Of a DNA stretch of 64,000 nt, positions 18,641 to 27,458 are shown in pieces. The notes under the pieces were generated by a model. It was not told the origin of the DNA. It was given only the letters and a program-made list of their open reading frames with translations, and ran no database searches. A program made the translations under genes and the position numbers. Location of the stretch: contig CAWIYH010000007.1 of NCBI GenBank assembly GCA_963840225.1, positions 38,608-102,607 of the forward strand. Direction: 5' to 3'. Position 1 is the first letter of the stretch. Each line of letters opens with the position of its first letter. The DNA is from an uncultured Acidobacteriota bacterium. GTDB lineage: Bacteria; Acidobacteriota; Vicinamibacteria; Vicinamibacterales; CAVVIG01.

Positions 18641-19096
18641 ATGGCCATGGTTCGTTGGAACGATCCGTTCCGGGAGTTCATCCAGCTGCAGGATCGGATC
18701 AACCGCATGTTCTCGGACACCTACACGCGGACGGGCGACGAGGCGCTGATGACGGCGGGCAGCTGGCTGCCGCCGGTGGACATCTATCAGAGCGGCGATC
18801 ACGAGCTGGTGCTCAAGGCCGAGCTGCCCGACATGACTCGCGAGGACATCGACATCAGCGTGGACAACGGCACGCTGACCATCCGCGGGGAGAAGAAGCT
18901 GGCCGGCGAGGTCAAAGAGGACCAGTATCACCGCATCGAGCGGCGGTACGGGGTGTTCAGCCGCTCCTTCTCCCTGCCGCAGACGGTCGATGCGGGCAAG
19001 GTTTCGGCCGAGTACAAGAACGGCGTGCTGACGGTGAAGCTCCCGATGCGCGAGGAAGCCAAGCCGCGGCAGATCAAGGTGGACGTGGCGGCGTAA
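18641..19096 (+). CDS. Hsp20/alpha-crystallin family protein
   Basis: RWNDPFRE, WLPPVDIY, AELP, LTIRGEK, ERRYGVFSRSFSLP, YKNGVL; SD AGGAGG. Confidence 0.95.
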   Translation: MAMVRWNDPFREFIQLQDRINRMFSDTYTRTGDEALMTAGSWLPPVDIYQSGDHELVLKAELPDMTREDIDISVDNGTLTIRGEKKLAGEVKEDQYHRIERRYGVFSRSFSLPQTVDAGKVSAEYKNGVLTVKLPMREEAKPRQIKVDVAA

Positions 19097-19191
19097 CACG
19101 TGGCGCGCGTGCCGGATCGGAGCGGGCTCGACTCGACGCCCGCTCCGCCCTTCCAGCCCGTCCCGCCAACGTGTTACGCTCTATGCCCGAA

Positions 19192-19464
19192 ATGGAAGAC
19201 TCCAGCTTTGTGACCGACTACGGCGACGCCGCGTCCGCGCCGGCTGAACCCGCGCCGCCCATTCAGAGCCGGTTCCTTTTCGTCGACGTTGCGGCGCTCC
19301 GCGCCAAACAGCTGCGCCGCGGCGCCCGTCCGCGGTTCGAGCGCTCCGTGGAGCCGCCGGCGCCCCTTAAACCCGAACGCATTGCGATGGAGGAGGTGCG
19401 GCGCGGCCTCGTCCACTACGACGTCCCCGAGCCGAAGCCTGCGGCTACGGACGGTGACGCGTGA
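19192..19464 (+). CDS. rpoZ: RNA polymerase omega subunit-like protein
   Basis: SRFLFVDVAALRAKQLRRGARP...KPERIAMEEV..G matches the omega core; start 19183 or 19192; upstream TG-t-TACGCT. Confidence 0.7.
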   Translation: MEDSSFVTDYGDAASAPAEPAPPIQSRFLFVDVAALRAKQLRRGARPRFERSVEPPAPLKPERIAMEEVRRGLVHYDVPEPKPAATDGDA

Positions 19465-19727
19465 ACGACGACGTGCTGCAGATCGTGATCGGCGTCATCC
19501 AGGGCGTGGTGTCCAGCACGGCGTTCCTGCTGGCACTCTTCATCGGGTTCTGCGTCCTCGTCGGCTTCACGAAACTGAAGAAGACGGCCGGGAACACGCC
19601 TGTCGTCAAGAGCCTGGACGAAGTCGTGACGCATCACGCGATGCAGTACCTGCCGCCGACGGCTCCCCGCGGCCCGGCCGATCAGCTCCGCGCTCCGGAA
19701 CTCCTCGAGGCCGCCGCTCGTAAGTAA
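19461..19727 (+). CDS. Small single-TM membrane protein, unknown function
   Basis: GTG overlaps the upstream stop (GTGA); one long hydrophobic segment followed by KLKK. Confidence 0.65.
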   Translation: MNDDVLQIVIGVIQGVVSSTAFLLALFIGFCVLVGFTKLKKTAGNTPVVKSLDEVVTHHAMQYLPPTAPRGPADQLRAPELLEAAARK

Positions 19728-19750
19728 CTGTAGACGAGAGGGGAGTATCC

Positions 19751-20017
19751 ATGTTCTGGCTGCTGACGCTGCCGATCCGGATGGCCTTCTGGCTGGTCTT
19801 CGGGATTCTCTTTCTCCCCTTTCTGCTCCTGCGCTTCTTCCTGAAGCTCACACTCGGCCTGCTCCTGCTGCCCTTCGTGCTGCTCGTCCTCTTCTTCGTT
19901 GCCATCGTCGGCGGCCTGGCCCTGGCCCTGGCGTTCGCGCCAATCCTGCTCGGCATCGCGCTCATCTGGCTGCTGGTGCGGCTCGCCCAGCCGGCGACGC
20001 ATCGGGCGGTCATCTGA
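19751..20017 (+). CDS. Small Leu/Phe-rich membrane protein, unknown function
   Basis: SD GAGGGGAG; almost entirely hydrophobic 88 aa. Confidence 0.7.
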   Translation: MFWLLTLPIRMAFWLVFGILFLPFLLLRFFLKLTLGLLLLPFVLLVLFFVAIVGGLALALAFAPILLGIALIWLLVRLAQPATHRAVI

Positions 20018-20050
20018 GGGCGGCGGGCGTCGGGCCCGCCGGCCGATCCC

Positions 20051-21082
20051 CTATGCCACGCTCTCGGGCTGCCAGCGGAGCCCGAGGTTGATGATCCGCT
20101 GCAGCACGGCTTCGTAGCTGAGCCCCGCGAGCTCGGCGGACGCCGCGAAATCCTCGCCCCGCGCGATCTGCGGATTCGGGTTCGCCTCGAGAATCCAGGG
20201 CCGGCCGGTCGGATCCAGCCGGAGGTCGATCCGCGCGTAGCCGCTCAGCTCCAGTCCGCGGTAGGTGCGCTTGCACACGTGGATGATGTGATCGGCCAGC
20301 TCCTGGGGCAGCTCTTTCGCCGGCCCGCTGTCGATGCCGTACTTCTTCTGATACTTGACACTCCACTTCACGCGATCGGTCGCGATCCGCTTGGCGTCAG
20401 CCGGCATGTTGGTGAAGAAGAGCTCCCACACGGGCAGCGCCTGCAGGTGTTGATTGCCGAGGATTCCCACGTACAGCTCGCGCCCCTCGATGTACTGCTC
20501 CACGATGGCCGCGGTCCCGATGCTCTCGTGGATGAAGGTGACCCGTTCTTTCAGCCTGTCGTCGCTGTCCACGACCGATGCCTGGGAGATGCCGACCGAC
20601 GCCTCCTGCGTGAGCGACTTGACGATCAGGGGGAATGGCAGCTTCTTGGGACGCCTGATCGGGCGGCCGATCCGGAACACCTCGAACTCGGGCACGGCGA
20701 TCCGGTGGTACGCGAGGAGCTTCTTCGACAGCGACTTGTCGCGCGCCAACAGGAGTCCCCGCGGGTTGCAGCCCGTGTACGAGAGCTTCAACAGCTCCAG
20801 GTGGCTGACGACGTTCTGGTCGAAGATGGTGATGTCGTCGAAGCCCTCGAGCAGGTTGAACGCGATGTGCGGCTTCCATTCGGTTGCCGCGCGCCGGATA
20901 TCGCCGAGGTCGTCATGGACGCCGAGCACCTGCACGTCGTGCCCCATCGCCCGGACCGTGGTCACGACGTCGTACTCGGTGCGCCAGGGCGCGGCTACGA
21001 GATCGACCCCCTCGCCTACCGTCTCAGGGGGGATGAGGTGGCGGTGGACGAGGGCCAGGACGCGCAGGCGGGTGGTCGTCAC
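20051..21082 (-). CDS. ATP-grasp ligase, Ddl-like but atypical
   Basis: FNLLE, SYTG, DK..SK, FPLIVK, EASVGIS, VEQYIEGRE, GYARIDLRL, LEANPNP. Confidence 0.85.
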   Translation of the reverse strand: MTTTRLRVLALVHRHLIPPETVGEGVDLVAAPWRTEYDVVTTVRAMGHDVQVLGVHDDLGDIRRAATEWKPHIAFNLLEGFDDITIFDQNVVSHLELLKLSYTGCNPRGLLLARDKSLSKKLLAYHRIAVPEFEVFRIGRPIRRPKKLPFPLIVKSLTQEASVGISQASVVDSDDRLKERVTFIHESIGTAAIVEQYIEGRELYVGILGNQHLQALPVWELFFTNMPADAKRIATDRVKWSVKYQKKYGIDSGPAKELPQELADHIIHVCKRTYRGLELSGYARIDLRLDPTGRPWILEANPNPQIARGEDFAASAELAGLSYEAVLQRIINLGLRWQPESVA

Positions 21083-22128
21083 AGCGCCACCCGGTGCCGT
21101 CCGCTATGCAGGTAGTTCATGGTCTGCACGGTCAGGAACACGAGGAAGTCGATTCGCGTCGCCGCCTCCGAGTCGGTGAGCCGCAGGTTGAGGTCCCGGC
21201 AGCGCTCGATGATCTTCGCGATCAGCTGGTCGATCGTGTACTGGTAGGTGTCGGTGAAGCTGGCCACCGTGGCGCGCGCCTCCTTGCGGATGCGCCGCAC
21301 GAAGCTGGCGGCTGTCGGATTCTTGGCGTACTCGGGAGAATCGGAGAACAGGTTGCGCAGGTCGCTCTCGTAGAAGTCGGGGTGATCGACCCCGTAGTGC
21401 TCGCGCTTCTTCCGGTAGTGCTCGCCAAGCGTCTTCCGAAGCCGTGAGATCGGATCGACCTGCCGCTTCGTGGTGATGGCCGGGCGGACGCCCCTCAAGC
21501 TGCGCATCAGGCGGTCCATGTATTCCAGCTTGCGCTGCGCCGGCCAGCCCGCGTACCGCGTGGCCCACATCGACTGCGGGTCCAGCCACACCCCGAAGGT
21601 CTCGGCGAAGTCCTCGTCGGGATGGCTCTGGGCGTACCAGTGGTCGAGGTGCTGGACGAAGCTCCTGCTGTACGGCTTGGGCGTGTAGTACTCGGGGTAC
21701 TCGGTGTTGGGGTTGCCGAAACGGCGTCGCCGGGTCGGCCGACGCCGAAGGCGATACGCGTTGTCGATGGCGTGTCCGGCCTCGTGGCGCAGGATGCGCA
21801 TGAAGCTGTCGGCCGTCCCGCCCTCGATCTCGAGCATCTGCGCGAGCTCGAGCTTCGCCAGCCGCGGGTGCGCCAGGTAGAACGGGATGGCGACCCCCGG
21901 CACTCCGTCGGGGGTGAACCACTCGTCGGCCAGCCAGAAATGCGGGCGGAAGGTGAGGCCGCGCCCTTCGAGCTCCGCGGTGAGCGCCGCGATGCGGGGC
22001 TCGATCTCGGTGCCCTCGATGGCGAGCCCGAGATCGCACATGCGCAATTCGAGCAGCTTCTCGTCGCTCCACCCGGCCCACTCGGCGGGGGTCAGCGTCG
22101 GGCGTGCGGCGGTTGCCTCGTCCACCAT
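21079..22128 (-). CDS. Putative zinc-binding metallopeptidase
   Basis: [26 protein letters not shown] (HExxH), [14 protein letters not shown]; start MVDEAT at 22128 overlapping the gatA end. Confidence 0.85.
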   Translation of the reverse strand: MVDEATAARPTLTPAEWAGWSDEKLLELRMCDLGLAIEGTEIEPRIAALTAELEGRGLTFRPHFWLADEWFTPDGVPGVAIPFYLAHPRLAKLELAQMLEIEGGTADSFMRILRHEAGHAIDNAYRLRRRPTRRRRFGNPNTEYPEYYTPKPYSRSFVQHLDHWYAQSHPDEDFAETFGVWLDPQSMWATRYAGWPAQRKLEYMDRLMRSLRGVRPAITTKRQVDPISRLRKTLGEHYRKKREHYGVDHPDFYESDLRNLFSDSPEYAKNPTAASFVRRIRKEARATVASFTDTYQYTIDQLIAKIIERCRDLNLRLTDSEAATRIDFLVFLTVQTMNYLHSGRHRVAL

Positions 22129-23561
22129 CCGGTGTCGCGCTCGTACGCGTCGGCGATGCGGAGCACGGTTCCCTCGTCGAACCGGCGTCCGGTCAGCTGC
22201 AGGCCGATCGGCAGGCGGCCGTCCGTGAAGCCGCAGGGGACGCTCACCGCCGGCAGGCCGGCCAGGTTCGCGCCGACCGTGAAGACGTCCGCCAGGTACA
22301 TCTGCAGCGGATCGTTGGCGCGCTCGCCAATCCGGAAGGCGGGCGTCGGACTGGTCGGCATGGCCACGACGTCGACCTGGTCCCACGCGCGATCGTAGTC
22401 GCGGAGGATCAGCGTGCGCACCTGCTGCGCCTTGAGATAGTACGCGTCATAGTAGCCGGCGCTCAAGACGTAGGTCCCCAGCATGATGCGCCGCTTCACC
22501 TCGGGTCCGAAGCCGCCCTCCCGCGTCCGCGCGTACATCGTCCGCAGGTCGAAGGCGTCACCGGCGGGGCGGGCCCGGAAGCCGTACCGCACGCCGTCGT
22601 AGCGGGCCAGGTTCGAGCTGGCCTCCGCCGTCGCGACCAGATAGTAGACGGGAATCGCGTGGGGCGCGTGCGGGAGCTCCACGTCCACGAGGCGGGCGCC
22701 GCGGCCGGCGAGGACGTCGAGTGCCGCTCGGAACGCGGTGGCGACCTCGGCGTCCACACCCGCGTCGACCAGCCGCCCGGGCACGCCGATGCGTGCGCCG
22801 CGGAGGTCGCCGGTGAGCGCCGCGGCGTAGTCGGGCACGGGTTCGTCCGCGCTCGTGGCGTCGGCGGGATCGGCTCCGGCCAGCACGCCGAGCGCGATGG
22901 CGGCGTCACGCACGGTCAGGGTCAGGGGGCCGATCTGATCCAGCGAGGAGGCGAACGCCAGCAGCCCGTAGCGCGACACGCGGCCGTAGGTCGGCTTGAC
23001 GCCGACGATGCCGCACAAGGCCGCCGGCTGGCGAATCGACCCGCCGGTGTCCGATCCGAGGGCGAGCGGGGTGATCCCGGCAGCCACCGCCGCCGCCGAG
23101 CCGCCGCTCGAGCCGCCGGGGATCCGATCCAGATCCCAGGGATTGTGGACCGGTCCGAACGCGGAGTTCTCGTTCGAGGAGCCCATCGCGAACTCGTCGC
23201 AGTTGGTCTTGCCGACGAGGACCGCGCCGGCCGCCTCGAGACGGGCGACGGCGGTCGCGTCGAACGGCGGGACGTACTGCTCGAGCATGCGGGAGGACGC
23301 CGTGGTGCGCACCCCGCGCGTGGACAGATTGTCCTTGAGGGCGACCGGCACGCCCGCGAGCGGGCGGTCGCGCCAGCCGCCGCGATCCGCATCGATGGCG
23401 GCCGCACGCGCCAGCGCCCGCTCCGCAATGACGGTGTTGAACGCGTGCAGCCGGCCGTCGAGCGCGTCAATCGCCTGCAAGGCGTCGCGGCAGACGTCCA
23501 CGGCGGTCCGCTCGCCGGACCGCAGGGCCTCGCGGATGTGTGAGAGCGTGGGGCGCGTCAT
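22092..23561 (-). CDS. gatA: Asp/Glu-tRNA amidotransferase subunit A
   Basis: [60 protein letters not shown]. Confidence 0.97.
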   Translation of the reverse strand: MTRPTLSHIREALRSGERTAVDVCRDALQAIDALDGRLHAFNTVIAERALARAAAIDADRGGWRDRPLAGVPVALKDNLSTRGVRTTASSRMLEQYVPPFDATAVARLEAAGAVLVGKTNCDEFAMGSSNENSAFGPVHNPWDLDRIPGGSSGGSAAAVAAGITPLALGSDTGGSIRQPAALCGIVGVKPTYGRVSRYGLLAFASSLDQIGPLTLTVRDAAIALGVLAGADPADATSADEPVPDYAAALTGDLRGARIGVPGRLVDAGVDAEVATAFRAALDVLAGRGARLVDVELPHAPHAIPVYYLVATAEASSNLARYDGVRYGFRARPAGDAFDLRTMYARTREGGFGPEVKRRIMLGTYVLSAGYYDAYYLKAQQVRTLILRDYDRAWDQVDVVAMPTSPTPAFRIGERANDPLQMYLADVFTVGANLAGLPAVSVPCGFTDGRLPIGLQLTGRRFDEGTVLRIADAYERDTGWWTRQPPHARR

Positions 23562-23857
23562 CCGATGACTCGTGGGACGCGGAACCAGCCGGCCCCGGGC
23601 GCGGCGTCGGGCGCGTTGGCGAGCGCCTCGCCGCGCGCCAGGGACGGCCGCACGAGGTCGGGCCTGGCGGCGTCGCGCGTCGCCGTGACGCCGGCGGTCG
23701 GCGGCACGCCGGCCGTGTCCACCTGCTGCACCTGCCGGGCGTAGGCGAGGATCTCGCCGAGCTGGTGAGCGAACATCTCGACTTCCGAGGGCTCGAGCTC
23801 GAGGTTGGCGAGCGCGGCAATCGCTGCAATCTCGTCGGGCCTGAATCCCGCGGGCAT
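23558..23857 (-). CDS. gatC: Asp/Glu-tRNA amidotransferase subunit C
   Basis: [31 protein letters not shown]; precedes gatA. Confidence 0.93.
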   Translation of the reverse strand: MPAGFRPDEIAAIAALANLELEPSEVEMFAHQLGEILAYARQVQQVDTAGVPPTAGVTATRDAARPDLVRPSLARGEALANAPDAAPGAGWFRVPRVIG

Positions 23858-23862
23858 GTCAA

Positions 23863-23872
23863 ATGCTAGCAT
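23863..23872. promoter_or_regulatory. Palindromic bidirectional extended -10 (ATGCTAGCAT)
   Basis: TG-c-TAGCAT reads on both strands between divergent gatC and amrB. Confidence 0.55.
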
Positions 23873-23876
23873 CGAT

Positions 23877-23938
23877 GGGGTGCTGGGGTGCTTCGGTGCT
23901 CGGGGTGCCGGGTGCTTCGGAGTACTACGGGGTGTCGG
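23877..23938 (+). repeat. Degenerate 7-9-nt tandem repeat (GGGTGCT core)
   Basis: ggggtgct ggggtgct tcggtgct cggggtgcc gggtgct tcggagtact acggggtgt. Confidence 0.8.
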
Positions 23939-23975
23939 TCGCGCGCTCGGTGGCGGCCGGGGACGGGGTGGCGCA

Positions 23976-24821
23976 ATGATCCGTCCGGCAGCGGTGGCGG
24001 GGAGCTGGTATCCGGGTGCCGGCGGGAAGCTCCACGCGGCGGTCGAGGGCCATCTGGCGGGCGTCGCCCGTCAGGTCGCGGGCGATCTCGTCGCATTGGT
24101 GGCGCCTCACGCGGGCCTGATGTACTCGGGCCCGGTGGCCGCGCATGCCTACGCCCTGCTCCGCGGCCGCACGTTCGACTCGATCGTGCTCGTCGGCCCG
24201 TCGCATTTCGTCGGCTTCGACGGCGTGGCCGTGTTCCCGGGCGAGGGGTTCGCCTCGCCGCTGGGCGTGACGCCCGTCGACGTCGCTCTGGCGGCCGCAC
24301 TGGTGCGGGCCGTGCCGATCGCGCACGAGGACGCGGGACCGCACCGCCGCGAGCATTCCCTGGAGATGCAGCTGCCCTTTGTCGGCCACGTGGCGCCCGG
24401 GGTCCCGATCCTGCCGCTCCTGGTTGGCCGTCAGACCGGCGGGACGGCCCGCGCCCTCGCCGACGGCCTGGCCGCGGTCCTGCGCGGCCGGCGCGCGCTC
24501 CTGGTCGCAAGCTCGGACCTCTCCCACTATCATGACGCGCCGACCGCCGCCTCCCTCGACGCGGTCGTCATCGACTGCGTCCGCCGGTTCGACGCCGACG
24601 GCCTCCAGCGGGCGCTCGACGCGCGACCGGAGCACGCCTGCGGCGGCGGGCCGATGGTGGCGGTGATGCGTGGCGCGCGCGCGCTCGGTGCCCGGGACGC
24701 GATCGTGCTCAGGTACGCCGATTCCGGCGACGTGTCGGGCGACAAGAGCGCGGTCGTGGGGTACCTGGCGGCCGCGTTCGGCGCGTTCCCGGCCGAGCGC
24801 GATCAGGAGCGCCGTCGATGA
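23976..24821 (+). CDS. amrB: AmmeMemoRadiSam system protein B (MEMO1 family)
   Basis: MIRPAAVAGSWYP, PHAG..YSG, GPSH, EHSLEMQLPF, SSDLSHY, ACG.GP, SGDVSGD..VVGY. Confidence 0.92.
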   Translation: MIRPAAVAGSWYPGAGGKLHAAVEGHLAGVARQVAGDLVALVAPHAGLMYSGPVAAHAYALLRGRTFDSIVLVGPSHFVGFDGVAVFPGEGFASPLGVTPVDVALAAALVRAVPIAHEDAGPHRREHSLEMQLPFVGHVAPGVPILPLLVGRQTGGTARALADGLAAVLRGRRALLVASSDLSHYHDAPTAASLDAVVIDCVRRFDADGLQRALDARPEHACGGGPMVAVMRGARALGARDAIVLRYADSGDVSGDKSAVVGYLAAAFGAFPAERDQERRR

Positions 24822-25372
24822 TCGATCGCGACGAACGACGCCTGCTGCTGCAGATCGCGCGCGAGGCGATTCGCTCCCACGTGCTCGACCGCGAGGTGCC
24901 TCCGCCGCTGCAGTCGGGCGTGGCGGCCCGGCGGGGCGGCGCGTTCGTCAGCCTCCGCGTGAACGGCGACCTGCGCGGCTGCATCGGACACATCGAGGCC
25001 GACGATCTCGTCGGCCACGTCGTCTCGCGATGCGCGGTCGCGGCCGCGAGCACGGACCCGCGGTTCCAGCCGTTGGCGTATGCCGAGCTCGAATCGGTGT
25101 CGATCGAGCTGTCGCTCCTCGGGCCGCTCGAGCGGATCGGGGGGCCGCTCGACGTGATCGTCGGACGCCACGGTCTCGTCGTCGAACGGGGCTGGCAGCG
25201 GGGGCTGCTGCTGCCGCAGGTCGCGACCGAATGGAGGTGGAACGCCGAGGTGTTCCTCGCGCAGACGTGCCGCAAGGCCGGTCTGCCGCACGATGCCTGG
25301 AAGACCGGCGCGACCGTGTGGCGCTTCGAGGCCGAGGTCTTCGGCGAAGGCGGGGAGGGCGGAGTCGACTAA
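24818..25372 (+). CDS. amrA: AmmeMemoRadiSam system protein A (AMMECR1 family)
   Basis: GAFVSL, LRGCIG, DPRF, GRHGL, GLLLPQVA.E, C.KAGL. Confidence 0.93.
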   Translation: MIDRDERRLLLQIAREAIRSHVLDREVPPPLQSGVAARRGGAFVSLRVNGDLRGCIGHIEADDLVGHVVSRCAVAAASTDPRFQPLAYAELESVSIELSLLGPLERIGGPLDVIVGRHGLVVERGWQRGLLLPQVATEWRWNAEVFLAQTCRKAGLPHDAWKTGATVWRFEAEVFGEGGEGGVD

Positions 25373-26244
25373 CGCGCGATCAGGCGGCGCAGCGTGCGGA
25401 GGTTCCGCAGATCCATCGGGTCGGCCACAATCGGACCGGTGGCCTTGCCCTCGCCCTTGGGCGTTTCGAGCAGCATCGGCAGCCCGCGAAACCGGCGGTC
25501 GTTGACGATCCGCCGGAACGGCTCGAGGCCGAGGTGCCCGCGGCCGATGTGCTCGTGACGATCCACGCGGCTGCCGAGCGACTGCTTCGAGTCGTTCATG
25601 TGGAACACCGCCAGCCGATCGAATCCCACCACGCGGCCGAACTCGCGGAACGTGCGGGCGTACCCTTCCGGCGTGACCAGATCGTAGCCCGACGCCAGCA
25701 GGTGGCACGTATCGAGGCAGACGCCGAGGCGGGCGTGTCCGTCCAGCCGGTCGATCACGGCGGCGAGCTGCTCGAACGTGCAACCGAGCGCAGTGCCCTG
25801 GCCGGCGGTGTGCTCCAGGAGGATCTTCGTCCGACCGTCCCTCCGTTCGTCGAGCAGTCCGGCGATGGCGTCAGCGATTGCCGCAAGGCCCTCGGCTTCC
25901 GTACCCGACGTGAAGCACCCGGGATGCAGCACGACGCCCTGCAGCCCGAGCACCTCGGCGCGATCGAGTTCGTCGGCCATCGCGACGATCGATTGCCGCC
26001 GCAGGAGCGGGCTCGCCGTCGCCAGGTTGATCAGATAGCTCGCGTGCGAGACGACCGGCGGCGATCCGATGGCTGCCACCCGCGCGCGGAACTCGGCGAC
26101 CTCCTCCGGCGCCACGATGCGGCCGCGCCATTGGCTGGCGTTCTTGGCGAAGATCTGAAAGGCGCTGCAGCGGTGCACGACGGCGCGGTCGACGGCGCGG
26201 CAGAGTCCCCCGGCGACCGACATGTGTGCGCCCAGCTTCGGCAC
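25369..26244 (-). CDS. nfo: Endonuclease IV
   Basis: GTG start after GGAGG: PKLGAHMSVAGG, HASYLINL, HPG, EHTAGQG, CLDTCH, HMNDSK, DRHEHIG, LETPK. Confidence 0.95.
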   Translation of the reverse strand: MPKLGAHMSVAGGLCRAVDRAVVHRCSAFQIFAKNASQWRGRIVAPEEVAEFRARVAAIGSPPVVSHASYLINLATASPLLRRQSIVAMADELDRAEVLGLQGVVLHPGCFTSGTEAEGLAAIADAIAGLLDERRDGRTKILLEHTAGQGTALGCTFEQLAAVIDRLDGHARLGVCLDTCHLLASGYDLVTPEGYARTFREFGRVVGFDRLAVFHMNDSKQSLGSRVDRHEHIGRGHLGLEPFRRIVNDRRFRGLPMLLETPKGEGKATGPIVADPMDLRNLRTLRRLIAR

Positions 26245-26315
26245 CCGTTCCTCCGCGACCCCTTCTCCGGCCCCGATGCCGCTCCCGCCGCCGGCCGGCG
26301 TGTACCGGCGCTTCC

Positions 26316-27440
26316 CTAGCGGCCCAACCGCTCTTCCACGACATGTCCGTCCGGGGCAATCCGGACCGTCACCGCGAACGGATCCGGTCGCCGCGGCGCG
26401 CTCAGCTCGACGATGCCGCCGGCGAACCGCATGTCGTTCCACCGGACGATCGCCTCGCCTGACGGGGTGACGAAGCTGCGGGCGGCAGGAAAGCGCGAGA
26501 AGCCGAGGAAGATCCGTCCGACGTCGGTGCGCGCCGCACGCTCGACCGCCGGCGTCCAGACGTCCGGATACCGGATCGATGTCCGCCAGAACACCTCTCG
26601 ACCGGTTTCCGGCTTGCGCAGGCGTGTGTCGAGCAGGTCGACGTCGTGCAGCTCGTATCCGTTCGACGTCTGCGCGACCAGCCGCCAGCGGAACGGAGAA
26701 AGAAAGCTCGGCATCGCCGCGATTCGCGCGAGACACGGCCGGGCGCCAACAGGCGGCGGCGGCGCCTGCCCCCACGACACGAAGGACGGCTCGACGACCC
26801 CGGCGCCCGGTTCGCATGGCGCCGGCAGCAGGGGACCGAACAGGCGCGGCGCGAGGGCCAGCGCCTGACGGTGCGTGATCGCGCGCAGACCGTAGTTGCC
26901 GGCCATCAAGGTCAGCGCCAGGAGCGCCGCCCGCCGTCGACTGGCCGGCGCGAACGTGCCGCTCAGCAGGCCGCCGGCGAGGATCACGAGCAGGAACACG
27001 TCGATGATCGGCAGCCAGTCCGCGGCGTACCAGCGCCAGGCGAACGGACTCAGCACCCGCGTGCCATACGCGGTCGGCACGTCCATCAGGATGTGAAGCG
27101 CGACGCCGATCATCGAGACGGCGCACAGCATCCCGAAGGAAGCCAGGCGGCCCGGGGAACCGTGGCGCCCGGTCGGAGCGCTCCGCGTCCGGTCGACGAG
27201 CCGCCCGCCGGTCCACACGATCGCCGCCGTGACGATGGCGAGCACGACGATCCCGAGCAGGCCGTGCGTGGGCCCGCGGTGCCATCGCAGGTACGAGGCG
27301 CTCCCGCCGCCGGCGGCGACGATGTCGATGTCGGGCGCGTTCGATGCGAGCAGGAGGGCCGCCGTCGTTCCACGACCGGCGTCTCCGAGGCGGGTCCGGG
27401 CCAGCGTCGCCCCGAAGAGCGTGTGGGTCAGGTTGTCCAA
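26316..27440 (-). CDS. YdjM-like membrane metal-dependent hydrolase
   Basis: TTG start giving MDNLTHTL.G; SNAPDID, HRGPTHG, HILMD..T.YG. Confidence 0.85.
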   Translation of the reverse strand: MDNLTHTLFGATLARTRLGDAGRGTTAALLLASNAPDIDIVAAGGGSASYLRWHRGPTHGLLGIVVLAIVTAAIVWTGGRLVDRTRSAPTGRHGSPGRLASFGMLCAVSMIGVALHILMDVPTAYGTRVLSPFAWRWYAADWLPIIDVFLLVILAGGLLSGTFAPASRRRAALLALTLMAGNYGLRAITHRQALALAPRLFGPLLPAPCEPGAGVVEPSFVSWGQAPPPPVGARPCLARIAAMPSFLSPFRWRLVAQTSNGYELHDVDLLDTRLRKPETGREVFWRTSIRYPDVWTPAVERAARTDVGRIFLGFSRFPAARSFVTPSGEAIVRWNDMRFAGGIVELSAPRRPDPFAVTVRIAPDGHVVEERLGR

Positions 27441-27458
27441 CCAATCTAATATAGCAGC
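27441..27458. promoter_or_regulatory. 18-nt bidirectional promoter core for two leaderless divergent genes
   Basis: + strand TAATAT (27447-52), 6 nt, ATG; - strand TG-c-TATATT (27453-48), 7 nt, TTG. Confidence 0.7.

Noticed and set aside
19122..19149. GC hairpin after hsp20 (and similar ones at 391-411 and 4057-4127) as intrinsic terminators
   Set aside because: The stems are present but lack U-tracts, so terminator function cannot be supported from sequence alone.
20051..21082. Assigning the symbol ddl
   Set aside because: Ddl-specific substrate motifs are missing and the gene is not in a cell-wall cluster.
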